A DNA stretch of 64,000 nt from Clostridia bacterium (lineage in GTDB: Bacteria > Bacillota > Clostridia > Christensenellales > UBA1242), in NCBI GenBank assembly GCA_017537515.1, contig JAFYKO010000170.1, positions 1,487-65,486 on the forward strand, in the 5' to 3' direction. Positions 24,589 to 34,058 of this stretch are shown piece after piece. Position 1 is the first letter of the stretch. Every line of letters begins with the position of its first letter. A program made the position numbers and the translations under genes. The notes under the pieces were generated by a model. It searched no databases, was not told the origin of the DNA, and saw only the letters and a list, made by a program, of their open reading frames with translations.

Positions 24589-25803
24589 ATGCTCATTACT
24601 AAAAAAGAATCCAAGCAGTTGCGTTATTTCGCCCGTGCCAACTATAAGGCAGATGTCAAGGGCACCACTGCCGAAGACGGCAGCAAGGTAAAGCACAGGG
24701 ATTTCCCTGTCTTCGGGCTTTCCTATGACGAAAAGAAAGCCGACAAGGGTATGGTTGAAATTACCAATATCCAGGTCCTTTACAAGCCTTTTACGGGCAC
24801 CACGTTCGCAGAACTTATGGAAGCCTTGAACGATGTCCTCGGCTCCGACGACGTGGGCGAAAAGGTTGAAGCGGTGGAACAGCATTATGAGCCTTGCCTG
24901 CTTCACGGTCCCGACTGCACCCAGGAACCCTTACCGCCAGGTCCACCGATTGTGCAGCCGATAGCCAAACCGCAGGAAGAACCCGAACACCTGTTTGGTC
25001 CTATGTCGCATCGTGGCGTGGTCGGGGATGCCTTGGACTTCTTTAAGAATGTCAAGTTGGTGGACAAACCACAGGCTGCTGAAAACCCGCCAAAGGAATC
25101 CGCAAGTGTCGCAGACATTCCCGAAGAAGTCAAGGAAAGCGTCCTGGAAGTGGCAGAAACCGTAACCACCCTGGTTCACCCCGAAATGCAGGTTGTCAGC
25201 AAGGAAATCAAGGACCTGTCCGACGACGGGACGCTTACGGTTGACGTTAAGGCGGTAGCCAACAACCCCGTGGATAGCGTGGACGTGCATATTGACGTGA
25301 ACAAGTTGAAAGAAAAGAACGCCCAGGAAGATACCGTGGACGCTTCGGAATCCGCAAAGTTCGTGGAAGAACACGAGGCACCCGTTCTTGAAGTAAATGC
25401 CCAAGACGCAGAAATCCCCGTGGTGGAAAACCTGGAAGAAGCGAAGCAGGTTGCCGAAGAAACGGGCACACCCGTAATCACTGCGGAACAGAAGCCTGCC
25501 GTCCACCTTGACGCTGCTGCGGACGGGACGAATGACGTGACTATGGTCGTTGAAGCCCCGAAGCCGAAGAAACTTTCCCGTGCGGAACTTTACGACCTGC
25601 AAATGAAGTGCGGGGTTATGCGGTTGGCTACCCTTTATGGCGAAGACCCCGACACAGGACTAGACGTGCTTATGAAACTTTATCCCGACGCTGCTACCCG
25701 ACTCAATGAAGTGTATGCTGCTGACGGGATTAAGACATACACGATTACCGAAGAAGCAATCAAGAAAGCCTACCCCGACGAATACGCAGCACTCCGCAAA
25801 TAA
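24589..25803 (+). CDS. hypothetical acidic protein (404 aa)
   Basis: The start is taken at the ATG at 24589, after GGAGTG. The protein has a long E/D/P/V-rich middle region. Confidence 0.6.
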   Translation: MLITKKESKQLRYFARANYKADVKGTTAEDGSKVKHRDFPVFGLSYDEKKADKGMVEITNIQVLYKPFTGTTFAELMEALNDVLGSDDVGEKVEAVEQHYEPCLLHGPDCTQEPLPPGPPIVQPIAKPQEEPEHLFGPMSHRGVVGDALDFFKNVKLVDKPQAAENPPKESASVADIPEEVKESVLEVAETVTTLVHPEMQVVSKEIKDLSDDGTLTVDVKAVANNPVDSVDVHIDVNKLKEKNAQEDTVDASESAKFVEEHEAPVLEVNAQDAEIPVVENLEEAKQVAEETGTPVITAEQKPAVHLDAAADGTNDVTMVVEAPKPKKLSRAELYDLQMKCGVMRLATLYGEDPDTGLDVLMKLYPDAATRLNEVYAADGIKTYTITEEAIKKAYPDEYAALRK

Positions 25804-25820
25804 AAATTAAAAATTTTTCA

Positions 25821-25902
25821 AATTACCTATTGACAGTCAGTAGGTAATTTGTTATATTATAGGCGTAAAGAGAAGACAACCACTTCAACCGAGGATAGCA
25901 AA
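25821..25902 (+). promoter_or_regulatory. hairpin/-35/extended -10/leader cassette
   Basis: AATTACCTA (25821-29), loop TTGACAGTCAG, TAGGTAATT (25841-49). TTGACA at 25830-35, 17 nt, TATATT at 25853-58. Leader: ATAGGCGTAAAGAGAAGACAACCACTTCAACCGAGGATAGCAAA, then ATG. Confidence 0.75.
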
Positions 25903-26175
25903 ATGAATAGAGCCGAATTTAACGATTGGTTTTACAAGAATATCGTGATGACGAAATGCGACAATGACAACGGCATTTTTGAGTTCACGATTGATGGCAG
26001 AACGTTCACGACAAAAAAGGGTAAAGCAGGTATTACTTGCCTCTACTACGTTTCTGTTTATGAAACCACGTCGGGTAAAAAGTGCGTTGCTACCCGTATC
26101 TTGGGCGAAAACACTGCTGTTCAAGGAACGATTTACGCTGTCCTGTATAAGCAAATGGTGGTGGCTAATGGCTAA
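25903..26175 (+). CDS. hypothetical protein (90 aa)
   Basis: The ATG at 25903 follows the cassette's SD. Confidence 0.6.
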   Translation: MNRAEFNDWFYKNIVMTKCDNDNGIFEFTIDGRTFTTKKGKAGITCLYYVSVYETTSGKKCVATRILGENTAVQGTIYAVLYKQMVVANG

Positions 26176-26455
26176 ATCCCGTAAGAAAGTTTGGGAGCCG
26201 ATTGAAACGGCTCCCGCCCATAAGGAAATTGTGGTTCTCACCGATATGGGGGAACCCTTTATCGCTGTCCGTCACAAGAAGACGAAGTTCTTTGACGTGA
26301 AGACCATTTCGCCTAGCGGGGGATATGATTTCATTCCGAAGTATTTGCACGAACGGAACTGCACTTATTGGTGGGATATTCCGAACCTTACCAAAAAGCA
26401 GTTCGCAGCGAAGTATGAGATGCACCCCGCCTGGAACAAAATGTTTGAACGCTAA
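26168..26455 (+). CDS. hypothetical protein (95 aa)
   Basis: ATG at 26168 (MAKSRKKVWEPIETAP...), overlapping the previous stop. Confidence 0.55.
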   Translation: MAKSRKKVWEPIETAPAHKEIVVLTDMGEPFIAVRHKKTKFFDVKTISPSGGYDFIPKYLHERNCTYWWDIPNLTKKQFAAKYEMHPAWNKMFER

Positions 26456-26467
26456 ACCGAGGACCCT

Positions 26468-27130
26468 ATGGATAAACACGAACGTAAAGATTATATGGGC
26501 TTGATTTCCTGGAACCGTATTGAATGCGGTGCCCCTATCCCGATGTTCGGCTCCGAAATCAAGACCGACTCCCCCGTATGTATTCGTATCTGTAAGGCTT
26601 ATATATCCGAATACAGCACCCCCACGAATTTCCGTGTAAGCGGGGAACACCCTAGTTACATTGAAATTGAAATGACCCCGATTCAGTGGGCAGAATTTCT
26701 CACGGCAGGTCACGTTGACGATGGGGTTCCCTGCACGATTACCCGCATTGACGGCAAGAGAACGTCGCCCGTGGAAATGCGTAATATCGCTGCCGAATAC
26801 AACGTCCACGTCCAGGAAAAGTTTGACAACTTCCAGGGTGGTATCAAGGACCTGGAAAAGACCGTCCAGGAAGCCCTGGATTCGGGCAAGCCTATGTCCA
26901 AGTCCCAAATGAAAGAATTGCTGCGAGCGATGCAGTTTGTCCGCAGCAGGACCGTGGGCGACATTGAATACGCCTATGAGCGTTTCAAGGAAGATATGGC
27001 TAACGTTGTCGTCAAGTCCAAGGCAGAAGTCAACGCCTACGCAGAACTCCGATTGAGAGGTTTGGGCGTAAAGTGCCTTATGAATGACGCAGCCGACGAA
27101 CCGCCCGCCCTGGAGGACAAGAATGTATAA
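26468..27130 (+). CDS. hypothetical protein (220 aa)
   Basis: ATG after AACCGAGGACCCT. Confidence 0.65.
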   Translation: MDKHERKDYMGLISWNRIECGAPIPMFGSEIKTDSPVCIRICKAYISEYSTPTNFRVSGEHPSYIEIEMTPIQWAEFLTAGHVDDGVPCTITRIDGKRTSPVEMRNIAAEYNVHVQEKFDNFQGGIKDLEKTVQEALDSGKPMSKSQMKELLRAMQFVRSRTVGDIEYAYERFKEDMANVVVKSKAEVNAYAELRLRGLGVKCLMNDAADEPPALEDKNV

Positions 27131-27692
27131 GTATCTTCTTACCGACCCGACGGGTCTTCACGTCACCTACAAGGATTTCGTCAAGTGGTGCAACGACCGC
27201 CTGGAAGATAACCTGTGGCTATCCCACGAAGCGTTGTATTGTTCCGCTGCCCGATGTGCCGTCCGCAAGAAATGGTTCTTCAAGGAACGCTATTGGCAGA
27301 CGCACTTTGAGAACGAAATCATTTGCAAGGTTATCTATCCCTTTGAATTTCGTATGAAAGAACAACAAAAACGCAAGGAAACCGCTATGGGACTTATTAA
27401 CTTTAAGGATATGGGGCTTGACCGCTACGAGGTCCTGTGTGCCCTTTACAACTGCTCGCACCCGCTTGGAATGGGGTTCCTGCATTTCACGCCTGGTCCG
27501 CTTACTCTTGAAGAAGCACACGAACACCTGGACGGCTACGACTATGCCGATTACGTCAAGGGTCGTGTAATCAAGACGAAGTTGCCCCAGGACGCTGAAT
27601 CGTTTGACCCCCGCCTTTACGACCGTGACAACGGGGAGGGTGCAGCCCTGGAAGCACTCAAAAAGTATGTTAAGGAAAAGGAAGGTAAATAA
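27123..27692 (+). CDS. hypothetical protein (189 aa)
   Basis: ATG at 27123 (MYKYLLTDP), overlapping the previous gene's end. Confidence 0.6.
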   Translation: MYKYLLTDPTGLHVTYKDFVKWCNDRLEDNLWLSHEALYCSAARCAVRKKWFFKERYWQTHFENEIICKVIYPFEFRMKEQQKRKETAMGLINFKDMGLDRYEVLCALYNCSHPLGMGFLHFTPGPLTLEEAHEHLDGYDYADYVKGRVIKTKLPQDAESFDPRLYDRDNGEGAALEALKKYVKEKEGK

Positions 27693-27973
27693 TGGCATAC
27701 GACAAGAAAAGTTGGTCGGAATTTCGTGAAACGGGTCTGTTCCATTTCGTGAACTCTTTTCTGCACCTGTTCGGTTGGGCTATCGTTCTTTCCGAAGACG
27801 ACGACGGCAACACGGAAGTATTCCCCGCCCGAACTGACTATCGTGGGTTCCCGCAGGAATCCAACGACAGGGCTTACAGCCGTGTGACCGAATTTATGCG
27901 TAAGGAATTTCAGTCGGCTCCCGCAGAAGCGAAGACTGAATCCAAGGCAAAGAAATTCAAGGGCAAGAAATGA
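27692..27973 (+). CDS. hypothetical protein (93 aa)
   Basis: TAATG overlap with the upstream gene. Confidence 0.55.
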   Translation: MAYDKKSWSEFRETGLFHFVNSFLHLFGWAIVLSEDDDGNTEVFPARTDYRGFPQESNDRAYSRVTEFMRKEFQSAPAEAKTESKAKKFKGKK

Positions 27974-28308
27974 AATTAGTCCAAAAACACACCTGGGACA
28001 CCCATTACCCTGTCCACTGCCGTAAGTGCCTGTGGACGGGTTCTAGTCAGTTCGTATGGGGCGACGACGATGGTCCATTTTATTGCCCTTACTGCCGAAC
28101 GTCCGACCCGACAGATTGGGACCTGGACGTTTACGCTATGTCCGATTGGCACCCGTCCTATTGGAAAGAACGCCTGCGTTATATCGCCTGGAGGACCCTA
28201 TCGCTTATTACGCACCCGTGGCGTTGGGTAATGAAGCAGATATGGGACTACAAGTTTTTCAAGTGGGTGGAAGAAAGCGAAAAGGAATGGGACAAGTATG
28301 AACTTTGA
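27970..28308 (+). CDS. zinc-ribbon protein (112 aa)
   Basis: CRKCLW...YCPYCRT. ATGA overlap with the upstream gene. Confidence 0.55.
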   Translation: MKLVQKHTWDTHYPVHCRKCLWTGSSQFVWGDDDGPFYCPYCRTSDPTDWDLDVYAMSDWHPSYWKERLRYIAWRTLSLITHPWRWVMKQIWDYKFFKWVEESEKEWDKYEL

Positions 28309-28603
28309 AGAATTTTTGAATTGTATGGGCGAATGCGGGTATTGCCCTGGTCTGTCGTTTCCGCAGGTAGTTGACCTGTTGGAACGCACGGGAATGAACA
28401 CCCGCCTGGTTGAAGTGGACGTTAAGAACGGGGAATACTACGCAAAGAACGTTTACTTTATCCGACACATTGACAAGGCTACCGCTATCCGATGCCTCAA
28501 GAGCCACTTGAAGCATTTCGGTGGCTTGTGTGCAGCCGATGTGTTCCCTGTCTTCAAAGCGTTGTTGAACGGCAAGACGGCAAAGGTCATAAAATGTCAA
28601 TGA
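28298..28603 (+). CDS. hypothetical protein (101 aa)
   Basis: Plus-arm ORF that overlaps both neighbours slightly. Confidence 0.5.
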   Translation: MNFEEFLNCMGECGYCPGLSFPQVVDLLERTGMNTRLVEVDVKNGEYYAKNVYFIRHIDKATAIRCLKSHLKHFGGLCAADVFPVFKALLNGKTAKVIKCQ

Positions 28604-29355
28604 TGATGCCCATAGACGAATTTAAGCAGGCATTCAATAGTTATAAACCTAACGTGATAGACAAGAGGTTCATTTTGCACCATTTTACCGAAGTAGAACT
28701 TTGCGACAAGATTAAGAAAGCAAACCTGTTCCCGAACTATACGCTTCACGAAGAAGTGGGCATTTCGGGGGTGTCCTGCGATATGGTCTATGAAAACGGC
28801 AAGCGGGTATTCACGGTTGAAGCGAAGACCGAATTGAACTACAAGGTGTTCGCCCAGGCAAGCCGTTGGCGTAATGTCGCCACAGCGTCATTCGTAGCCG
28901 TCCCGACCTATGCACTGAAAGATTGGTATTACTCCCCCAAGAAAGTAATCCTGGAAGAATTGGGCTTGGGTCTAATCGTCGTTGACGAAGACGGTGCCCG
29001 ATTTGGCAGGTGCTACAATCCTTTTGACAAGGACCTTTACGGGGGTTCCGACGACGGGATTTACCTGTTCCCTGCGGACCTTGACTATTGGAAAGATTGC
29101 TTTGAGCGTATCGGGGAAAACCAGGCACCTGCGGGCAGCAAAATCGGTAAGCGTTCAACTACGTTTTCCCGAACTATTGACGCTCTCAAACTTGAAGCAC
29201 AGAAGCACCCCGATTACACGCTCCAACAACTTTTACTAGCCGTGCCGACCCATTATAGCAATATCACGTCTGCGGAGCAGGCTATCAAGCGTTATGCACA
29301 GCACGGCATTATTGACAAATTTTGGCAGGATAAACCAAAGGTAAACCCGATATGA
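28594..29355 (+). CDS. possible PD-(D/E)xK-fold nuclease (253 aa)
   Basis: The start is taken at the ATG at 28594. The motif is CDMVYENGKRVFTVEAK (D-x13-ExK). This is a weak, motif-only call. Confidence 0.4.
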   Translation: MSMMMPIDEFKQAFNSYKPNVIDKRFILHHFTEVELCDKIKKANLFPNYTLHEEVGISGVSCDMVYENGKRVFTVEAKTELNYKVFAQASRWRNVATASFVAVPTYALKDWYYSPKKVILEELGLGLIVVDEDGARFGRCYNPFDKDLYGGSDDGIYLFPADLDYWKDCFERIGENQAPAGSKIGKRSTTFSRTIDALKLEAQKHPDYTLQQLLLAVPTHYSNITSAEQAIKRYAQHGIIDKFWQDKPKVNPI

Positions 29356-29762
29356 TTGACGAAGAACTTAAAGAAAATTGGAAAGCAGCCTACGACCAAC
29401 TCAAAGAATCCTTGCTTAACGACAAGACTTTGAAAGAACTCACGCTGACCCCCGTAATCAAGTCCCTGGCAGAAAAGACGCACGACTTGTCCGACTGCTT
29501 CAATGAACTTGTAGAAACCCGCAGGGAAGACGGGAACCTGGTTCCCGTAATCGTGGGCTACTTTATGGCTGAAAATGTCGCCCATAAACTGATGGGTGCC
29601 CTTACTGCGGGAGCCGTCGGGAATATGTCCCCAGGGGCTATGACCTGTATGGTTAAATCCATCCTGTATAACGACCTGGCTTCCCAATTCGCTATGACCC
29701 TGTGGGAAAATGCCCAAAAAGGTTGGATTGACGACTTTTTGAAAGATACTGAAAGCACCTAG
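29352..29762 (+). CDS. hypothetical protein (136 aa)
   Basis: ATGA overlap with the upstream gene. There is a short hydrophobic stretch in the middle. Not a convincing holin. Confidence 0.55.
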   Translation: MIDEELKENWKAAYDQLKESLLNDKTLKELTLTPVIKSLAEKTHDLSDCFNELVETRREDGNLVPVIVGYFMAENVAHKLMGALTAGAVGNMSPGAMTCMVKSILYNDLASQFAMTLWENAQKGWIDDFLKDTEST

Positions 29763-29790
29763 TTTTCTACAAATAATGTATATTTAAGGT

Positions 29791-30624
29791 ATGGCTGTAA
29801 GCAAACCGTCCATATCGTCCATACACAAGTTATGGTCCAACATTACAAGGTGGGGCAGGAATGCTCCCGCCTATATCGTCATTCATTTCACTTCGGGATT
29901 TTCCCAAAATAGCGACAGCACCGCAGGTATGCTTTCCGCTTGGAAATCGTATGCCGAACGTGGCTCCAATGCCCACTATCTTGTAGGCAAGTCCGCTATA
30001 TGGGAAATGGTAAACCCCAAGACCCATTTCTGCACGTATAGTTGTGGGTCCCGTGTGGGTAAGAAGAACGTCTGCGAAGTCCCAGGTTGGGGACCTGCTG
30101 CTTATAAGGGTCCGCTCTCTATGAGCCACGCAGGTGTGGCGGGACACGCCAACACGATTAACGTGGAAATCTGTTCCTGCAAGACAGGACGTAAGAAGTG
30201 CGACCCTATGGACGACGGGTGGTATTTCAGCGACGAAACCTATATGAATGCGGTGCAGTTGGTGGCGTGGCTTTGCGACGAATTTGGTATCAAGGTCACG
30301 AATATCATTATGCACAATCAAATAACGGGAAAACTTTGTCCCGCTATGTGGTGCAATAAACCAGGTGCAGAAGCGGGCTTTGAAACGTTCAAACAGAACG
30401 TTGCCACGCTCTTGAACGAAATTGAAGAAGACACCCCCGTGAAGTCGCCTAGCCCAATGCCCGAAGGCGGTATGGTGAACGTAGCAGCCGATAGTTTCTT
30501 TTATAGCAAGCCGTCCACGGATGCCCCTATCGTGGCACAATCCCAGGCTGCAACTATTCTGCCCTACACCGTGTCAAAGAACGGATTTTATTATACGGAC
30601 AGCGGTTGGGTGCAGTCCGCTTAA
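29791..30624 (+). CDS. endolysin: N-acetylmuramoyl-L-alanine amidase (Amidase_2/PGRP fold) with an SH3b-like C-terminal domain
   Basis: YIVIHFTSG, SNAHYLVG, NTINVEICS and HNQITGKLCP match the amidase_2 Zn-site pattern. The C-terminal ~60 aa look SH3-like. Confidence 0.75.
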   Translation: MAVSKPSISSIHKLWSNITRWGRNAPAYIVIHFTSGFSQNSDSTAGMLSAWKSYAERGSNAHYLVGKSAIWEMVNPKTHFCTYSCGSRVGKKNVCEVPGWGPAAYKGPLSMSHAGVAGHANTINVEICSCKTGRKKCDPMDDGWYFSDETYMNAVQLVAWLCDEFGIKVTNIIMHNQITGKLCPAMWCNKPGAEAGFETFKQNVATLLNEIEEDTPVKSPSPMPEGGMVNVAADSFFYSKPSTDAPIVAQSQAATILPYTVSKNGFYYTDSGWVQSA

Positions 30625-30642
30625 ACTACCGAGGTATGAAAA

Positions 30643-31080
30643 ATGGTTACGCTCAAAAATCTAGCAGACAACTATTCCAAGGTGTTTTCCCCCAAGGTCA
30701 CGCCAAAGGTTCGCCATAGTTCCGCAAAGCACAACGGACACTACGTCCTGCTCAAAGGCACCGCTACGGGTTCCAACGGATTATACACTATGGAAGTGGA
30801 ACTGCAAAAGGACGAAGCAGGCAAGGTCAGTTTCCAAAGCCCCGTGTCCTACATTATCTGTTCCTGCCCCGCATTCCAATACTACGTGCAGGACCCGCTC
30901 GCAAAAATCGGGTCCACCTATCCTGGAACGGGTCACGTGAACAAGAAGATTAACAACCCGAAGCAGGTTGCTGCCCCGTGCAAGCACTTGCTTGCCTACA
31001 TTAACTATCTTATGGCAAAGGGTGTCTTGAACCGTGTCAATATGACCGCACCTGCACTTCCCGAAACGAAAAAGAAATAG
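30643..31080 (+). CDS. SWIM zinc-finger protein (145 aa)
   Basis: CSCPAFQYY...CKHLLAY fits the CxC-xn-CxH SWIM signature. Confidence 0.6.
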   Translation: MVTLKNLADNYSKVFSPKVTPKVRHSSAKHNGHYVLLKGTATGSNGLYTMEVELQKDEAGKVSFQSPVSYIICSCPAFQYYVQDPLAKIGSTYPGTGHVNKKINNPKQVAAPCKHLLAYINYLMAKGVLNRVNMTAPALPETKKK

Positions 31081-31083
31081 TCT

Positions 31084-34020
31084 ATGTCCTTATTTTCCAA
31101 GATAGGTTCCTTATTCAAGGAAAAACCCTCCGACTCCATTATGGACGATAACGTAGCGGTTGCTGCCGACGACAACAACCCGTATGTTGCGTCTGTAGTC
31201 CTGGGTGCCCGTAATGCGTATGACACGCTTCATATGCTAATGGCTCCAATGATTAGGGGTAAGAAGTCTTCATTGAAGCAGATTGACAAGTGGTTGAACG
31301 ATTGGCTTGACCGATTGAAGCAGATTGAAGATATGTATTCCGAACTGCTTGGAAAGATTAACGACCTGGGTGACGATTTTACGGGGACGTTTACCCTGGA
31401 CTTCGCAAAGGAAGCCTGGGAAATCGTCCAGGACACGCCTATCCTGCGTCGCTATATGGGCGAAGCAAACTATTGGGCACTCTATGACGCTATGGGCATT
31501 CTAGCCACGCAGACAGGAAGTCTTGCGGGCGACTTGCTTGCAGGTGTAAAGGCGACAATCAAGCAGACAATCCTGGCTCTTATTTCTATGACCGACGGGT
31601 TGCTTTGCCTGGAATCCTACCTTGGAATGATACAGCAGTATTGGGGTGCCCTGTATTTCAAGATTACACCGCTCCCGCTGCTTGATAGCATTGTCCCTAA
31701 CGTGACGACGGCTTATTGGTATAAGATGCCCATTCCGTCCCAAAGCAACGGAGTGGAACACCAAATCACGCTTTACAACAATCCTCCTCCGACCCAGGTC
31801 ACGAACCCCCCAGGAAGAGGGTTTACCCCGCTACCGCTGCCTATCCCCGACCCTATAATGGTCACACGGCAAGCGTCGTATATTGGCAAGTTTGACTATC
31901 AAAACCCCGACACCTGGTATCTTAACGGGACCCCGTATTACCTGCCCAATACAATGTATATGCTTGAACGTGCGTTGCAGTATTGGGGCAGTTCCTACAC
32001 GAACGAATATATCCCGATTCTCAATTCTTTCTACCCCAGGCGACCGTATGGCGAAGGCTCCGCAAAGCCCCTGCGTGTGGGTCACACGTTCGCACAACTT
32101 GACACGGACAAAATGTCGCTCAATGGCACCAACGTGGACGTTTCGGACGGGGACAGCGACAAGCCTAGCGTGACAGAAATCTTTGCCCCGATTTTCACTG
32201 AAAAGTTCGTGGCTTTAATGGACGAATGGCAGCAACTTTATGAATCTGCCTATAACTTGATACTCAACTATGTCCTGGAGGGTTTCCAGGCTTTTGGCGT
32301 AGAACCGTCCACCATTACTGCATTTTGGGTGTTGCAGCAGGACCCTACCAATGTCCACCCCAAGGGCAACTACGAACGTTGGCGTTTGGATAGCGGTTTG
32401 GCGAGCATTGTTGAAAACCAAATGACTACCGTTTGGCGACAAATGGTAATTGAGTTTGCAACCAATAACCCTGTTGAACCTGGCGAAGACCCGTTTGAAA
32501 AAATGTATGACGCTGTTATGGCAGCGTTCGGGGAAGCAGCCCACACCATTAGCGGTAGGGACGGCAGTTTGAGCGAAGACGAAGTGTATATGGCTGCTCC
32601 GTCCTTTAACCCTGTAAATGGCGTGAGCGACGACTTGAACCGTAATTATGGTGTCCCGTTTGTCGCTTATAAGGTAAACAAGAAGAAGGGACAGGTAATT
32701 CAAACTTCTTCGGGAGGGCAGACCGTTGCCGAGGGCGATACCGTGAATGTGGCTTATTCCGTTGACGACGTTGGATTTGTTATGTTCCCGTCTAACGATT
32801 CTACGAATTACCAGGTCCGAAACCGCAGTATTGAGTTCAACTGCGTGGCGGGGTATATTCTTGCCACTATGCAGAATGTCACGGCAGGGTTGAATGTGGC
32901 AACACCTGTTAAAGATGAACCTCAAAGGAACGAACAAGGCGAATACGTTAGGGAACCGCAGACCATAGGCTACCAGGGCGGGGACGCTGTTAATGACGAC
33001 GCTACCTTGATTGAGCAGTATATGAGCGTGGATGCTGCGATTGCACAGCCGAAAGAATTGGGTCCTGTGTCCGAATCCCTGCACAAGCACAAGTCCGCTC
33101 AACTTAATCTTGCAAAGGTCCTGGTTAAGAATGAAAGCATTTACCTGGGCAACATTTTCTTCCCCGACGGTAAGGTTCCCGCTTCTGCCGAAGAAGCCCA
33201 GGCACCCTTGACGTTCGTGACCTACTACCGCTCGTTTAACGAATCGGCTACTAGCGTAAACGAAGAACTCGCAGACATTATCGGGTATTCCATAGACCAC
33301 GGGCGTGAAACAAAGTTCCCGTGCTTTGGTGTCTATGGCGAATTGCTCTCTATGCAGTCCTGGCACTACAAGGAAATGCCCTACCTGGAATTTGCAGCCA
33401 AATACGCAAAGGTCAAGTCGGGTTCTAGCCTGTATTACGAACGTGCCAACCCTGGGCATATCGTGTATTACCATTCTAGTTATGTGTCGCAGACCCGTTC
33501 TATGCAAATGGCGATTATCCACGAATCGTTGGAAAGCACGACGAAATCCTACGGCTCCAAGGACTCTTACACGTTCTATGTCTTCCCTTGCGAAAGCATA
33601 TCTGTTTCCAAGTTGTCGGATAGTCCTAGCCTGGGTTCGTTCTTGTCCGTTGACGCTGTAAGCCCTAGCGGGGACGAATACCATTACATAACTATGCGTA
33701 ATCCGATACCGAAGTGTGCCAAATACGTGGACCCCGAAAAATGGTCGCTGATGGATATTATCCACGAATTGTATCTTTTGGCTTACAATCTTGCGGGTCT
33801 TTGCGGGGACAACGGGGAACGATTGAAGAACTTGCAGGACGACCTGTCGGAGTTCCATATTTCCACCCCGAAGTTCATTGGGCAGTTGCCCGAAAACAAC
33901 GGGCAGTATTCCCCGTTCCGATTTGAAATCTTCAAGGACTATTCCGACAAGATTGAAAAGTTCGTGAACTCCGTTTACGATTTTAGGGCTAAAATTATCG
34001 CTGCGACCGAAGCATTGTAG
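31084..34020 (+). CDS. large hypothetical protein (978 aa), possibly virion-associated
   Basis: Longest ORF in the window. No catalytic motif recognised. The guess about its role rests only on its position next to the fibre-like gene. Confidence 0.7.
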   Translation: MSLFSKIGSLFKEKPSDSIMDDNVAVAADDNNPYVASVVLGARNAYDTLHMLMAPMIRGKKSSLKQIDKWLNDWLDRLKQIEDMYSELLGKINDLGDDFTGTFTLDFAKEAWEIVQDTPILRRYMGEANYWALYDAMGILATQTGSLAGDLLAGVKATIKQTILALISMTDGLLCLESYLGMIQQYWGALYFKITPLPLLDSIVPNVTTAYWYKMPIPSQSNGVEHQITLYNNPPPTQVTNPPGRGFTPLPLPIPDPIMVTRQASYIGKFDYQNPDTWYLNGTPYYLPNTMYMLERALQYWGSSYTNEYIPILNSFYPRRPYGEGSAKPLRVGHTFAQLDTDKMSLNGTNVDVSDGDSDKPSVTEIFAPIFTEKFVALMDEWQQLYESAYNLILNYVLEGFQAFGVEPSTITAFWVLQQDPTNVHPKGNYERWRLDSGLASIVENQMTTVWRQMVIEFATNNPVEPGEDPFEKMYDAVMAAFGEAAHTISGRDGSLSEDEVYMAAPSFNPVNGVSDDLNRNYGVPFVAYKVNKKKGQVIQTSSGGQTVAEGDTVNVAYSVDDVGFVMFPSNDSTNYQVRNRSIEFNCVAGYILATMQNVTAGLNVATPVKDEPQRNEQGEYVREPQTIGYQGGDAVNDDATLIEQYMSVDAAIAQPKELGPVSESLHKHKSAQLNLAKVLVKNESIYLGNIFFPDGKVPASAEEAQAPLTFVTYYRSFNESATSVNEELADIIGYSIDHGRETKFPCFGVYGELLSMQSWHYKEMPYLEFAAKYAKVKSGSSLYYERANPGHIVYYHSSYVSQTRSMQMAIIHESLESTTKSYGSKDSYTFYVFPCESISVSKLSDSPSLGSFLSVDAVSPSGDEYHYITMRNPIPKCAKYVDPEKWSLMDIIHELYLLAYNLAGLCGDNGERLKNLQDDLSEFHISTPKFIGQLPENNGQYSPFRFEIFKDYSDKIEKFVNSVYDFRAKIIAATEAL

Positions 34021-34058
34021 GGATAAAAAGTTATTTTTAAGTAAAAGAGGTTGTCTTT

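Noticed and set aside
32215-33858. 547-aa minus-strand ORF
   Set aside because: It is antisense to the 978-aa plus-strand ORF in a uniformly plus-strand arm. The translation is R/V/F-rich, with no start context.
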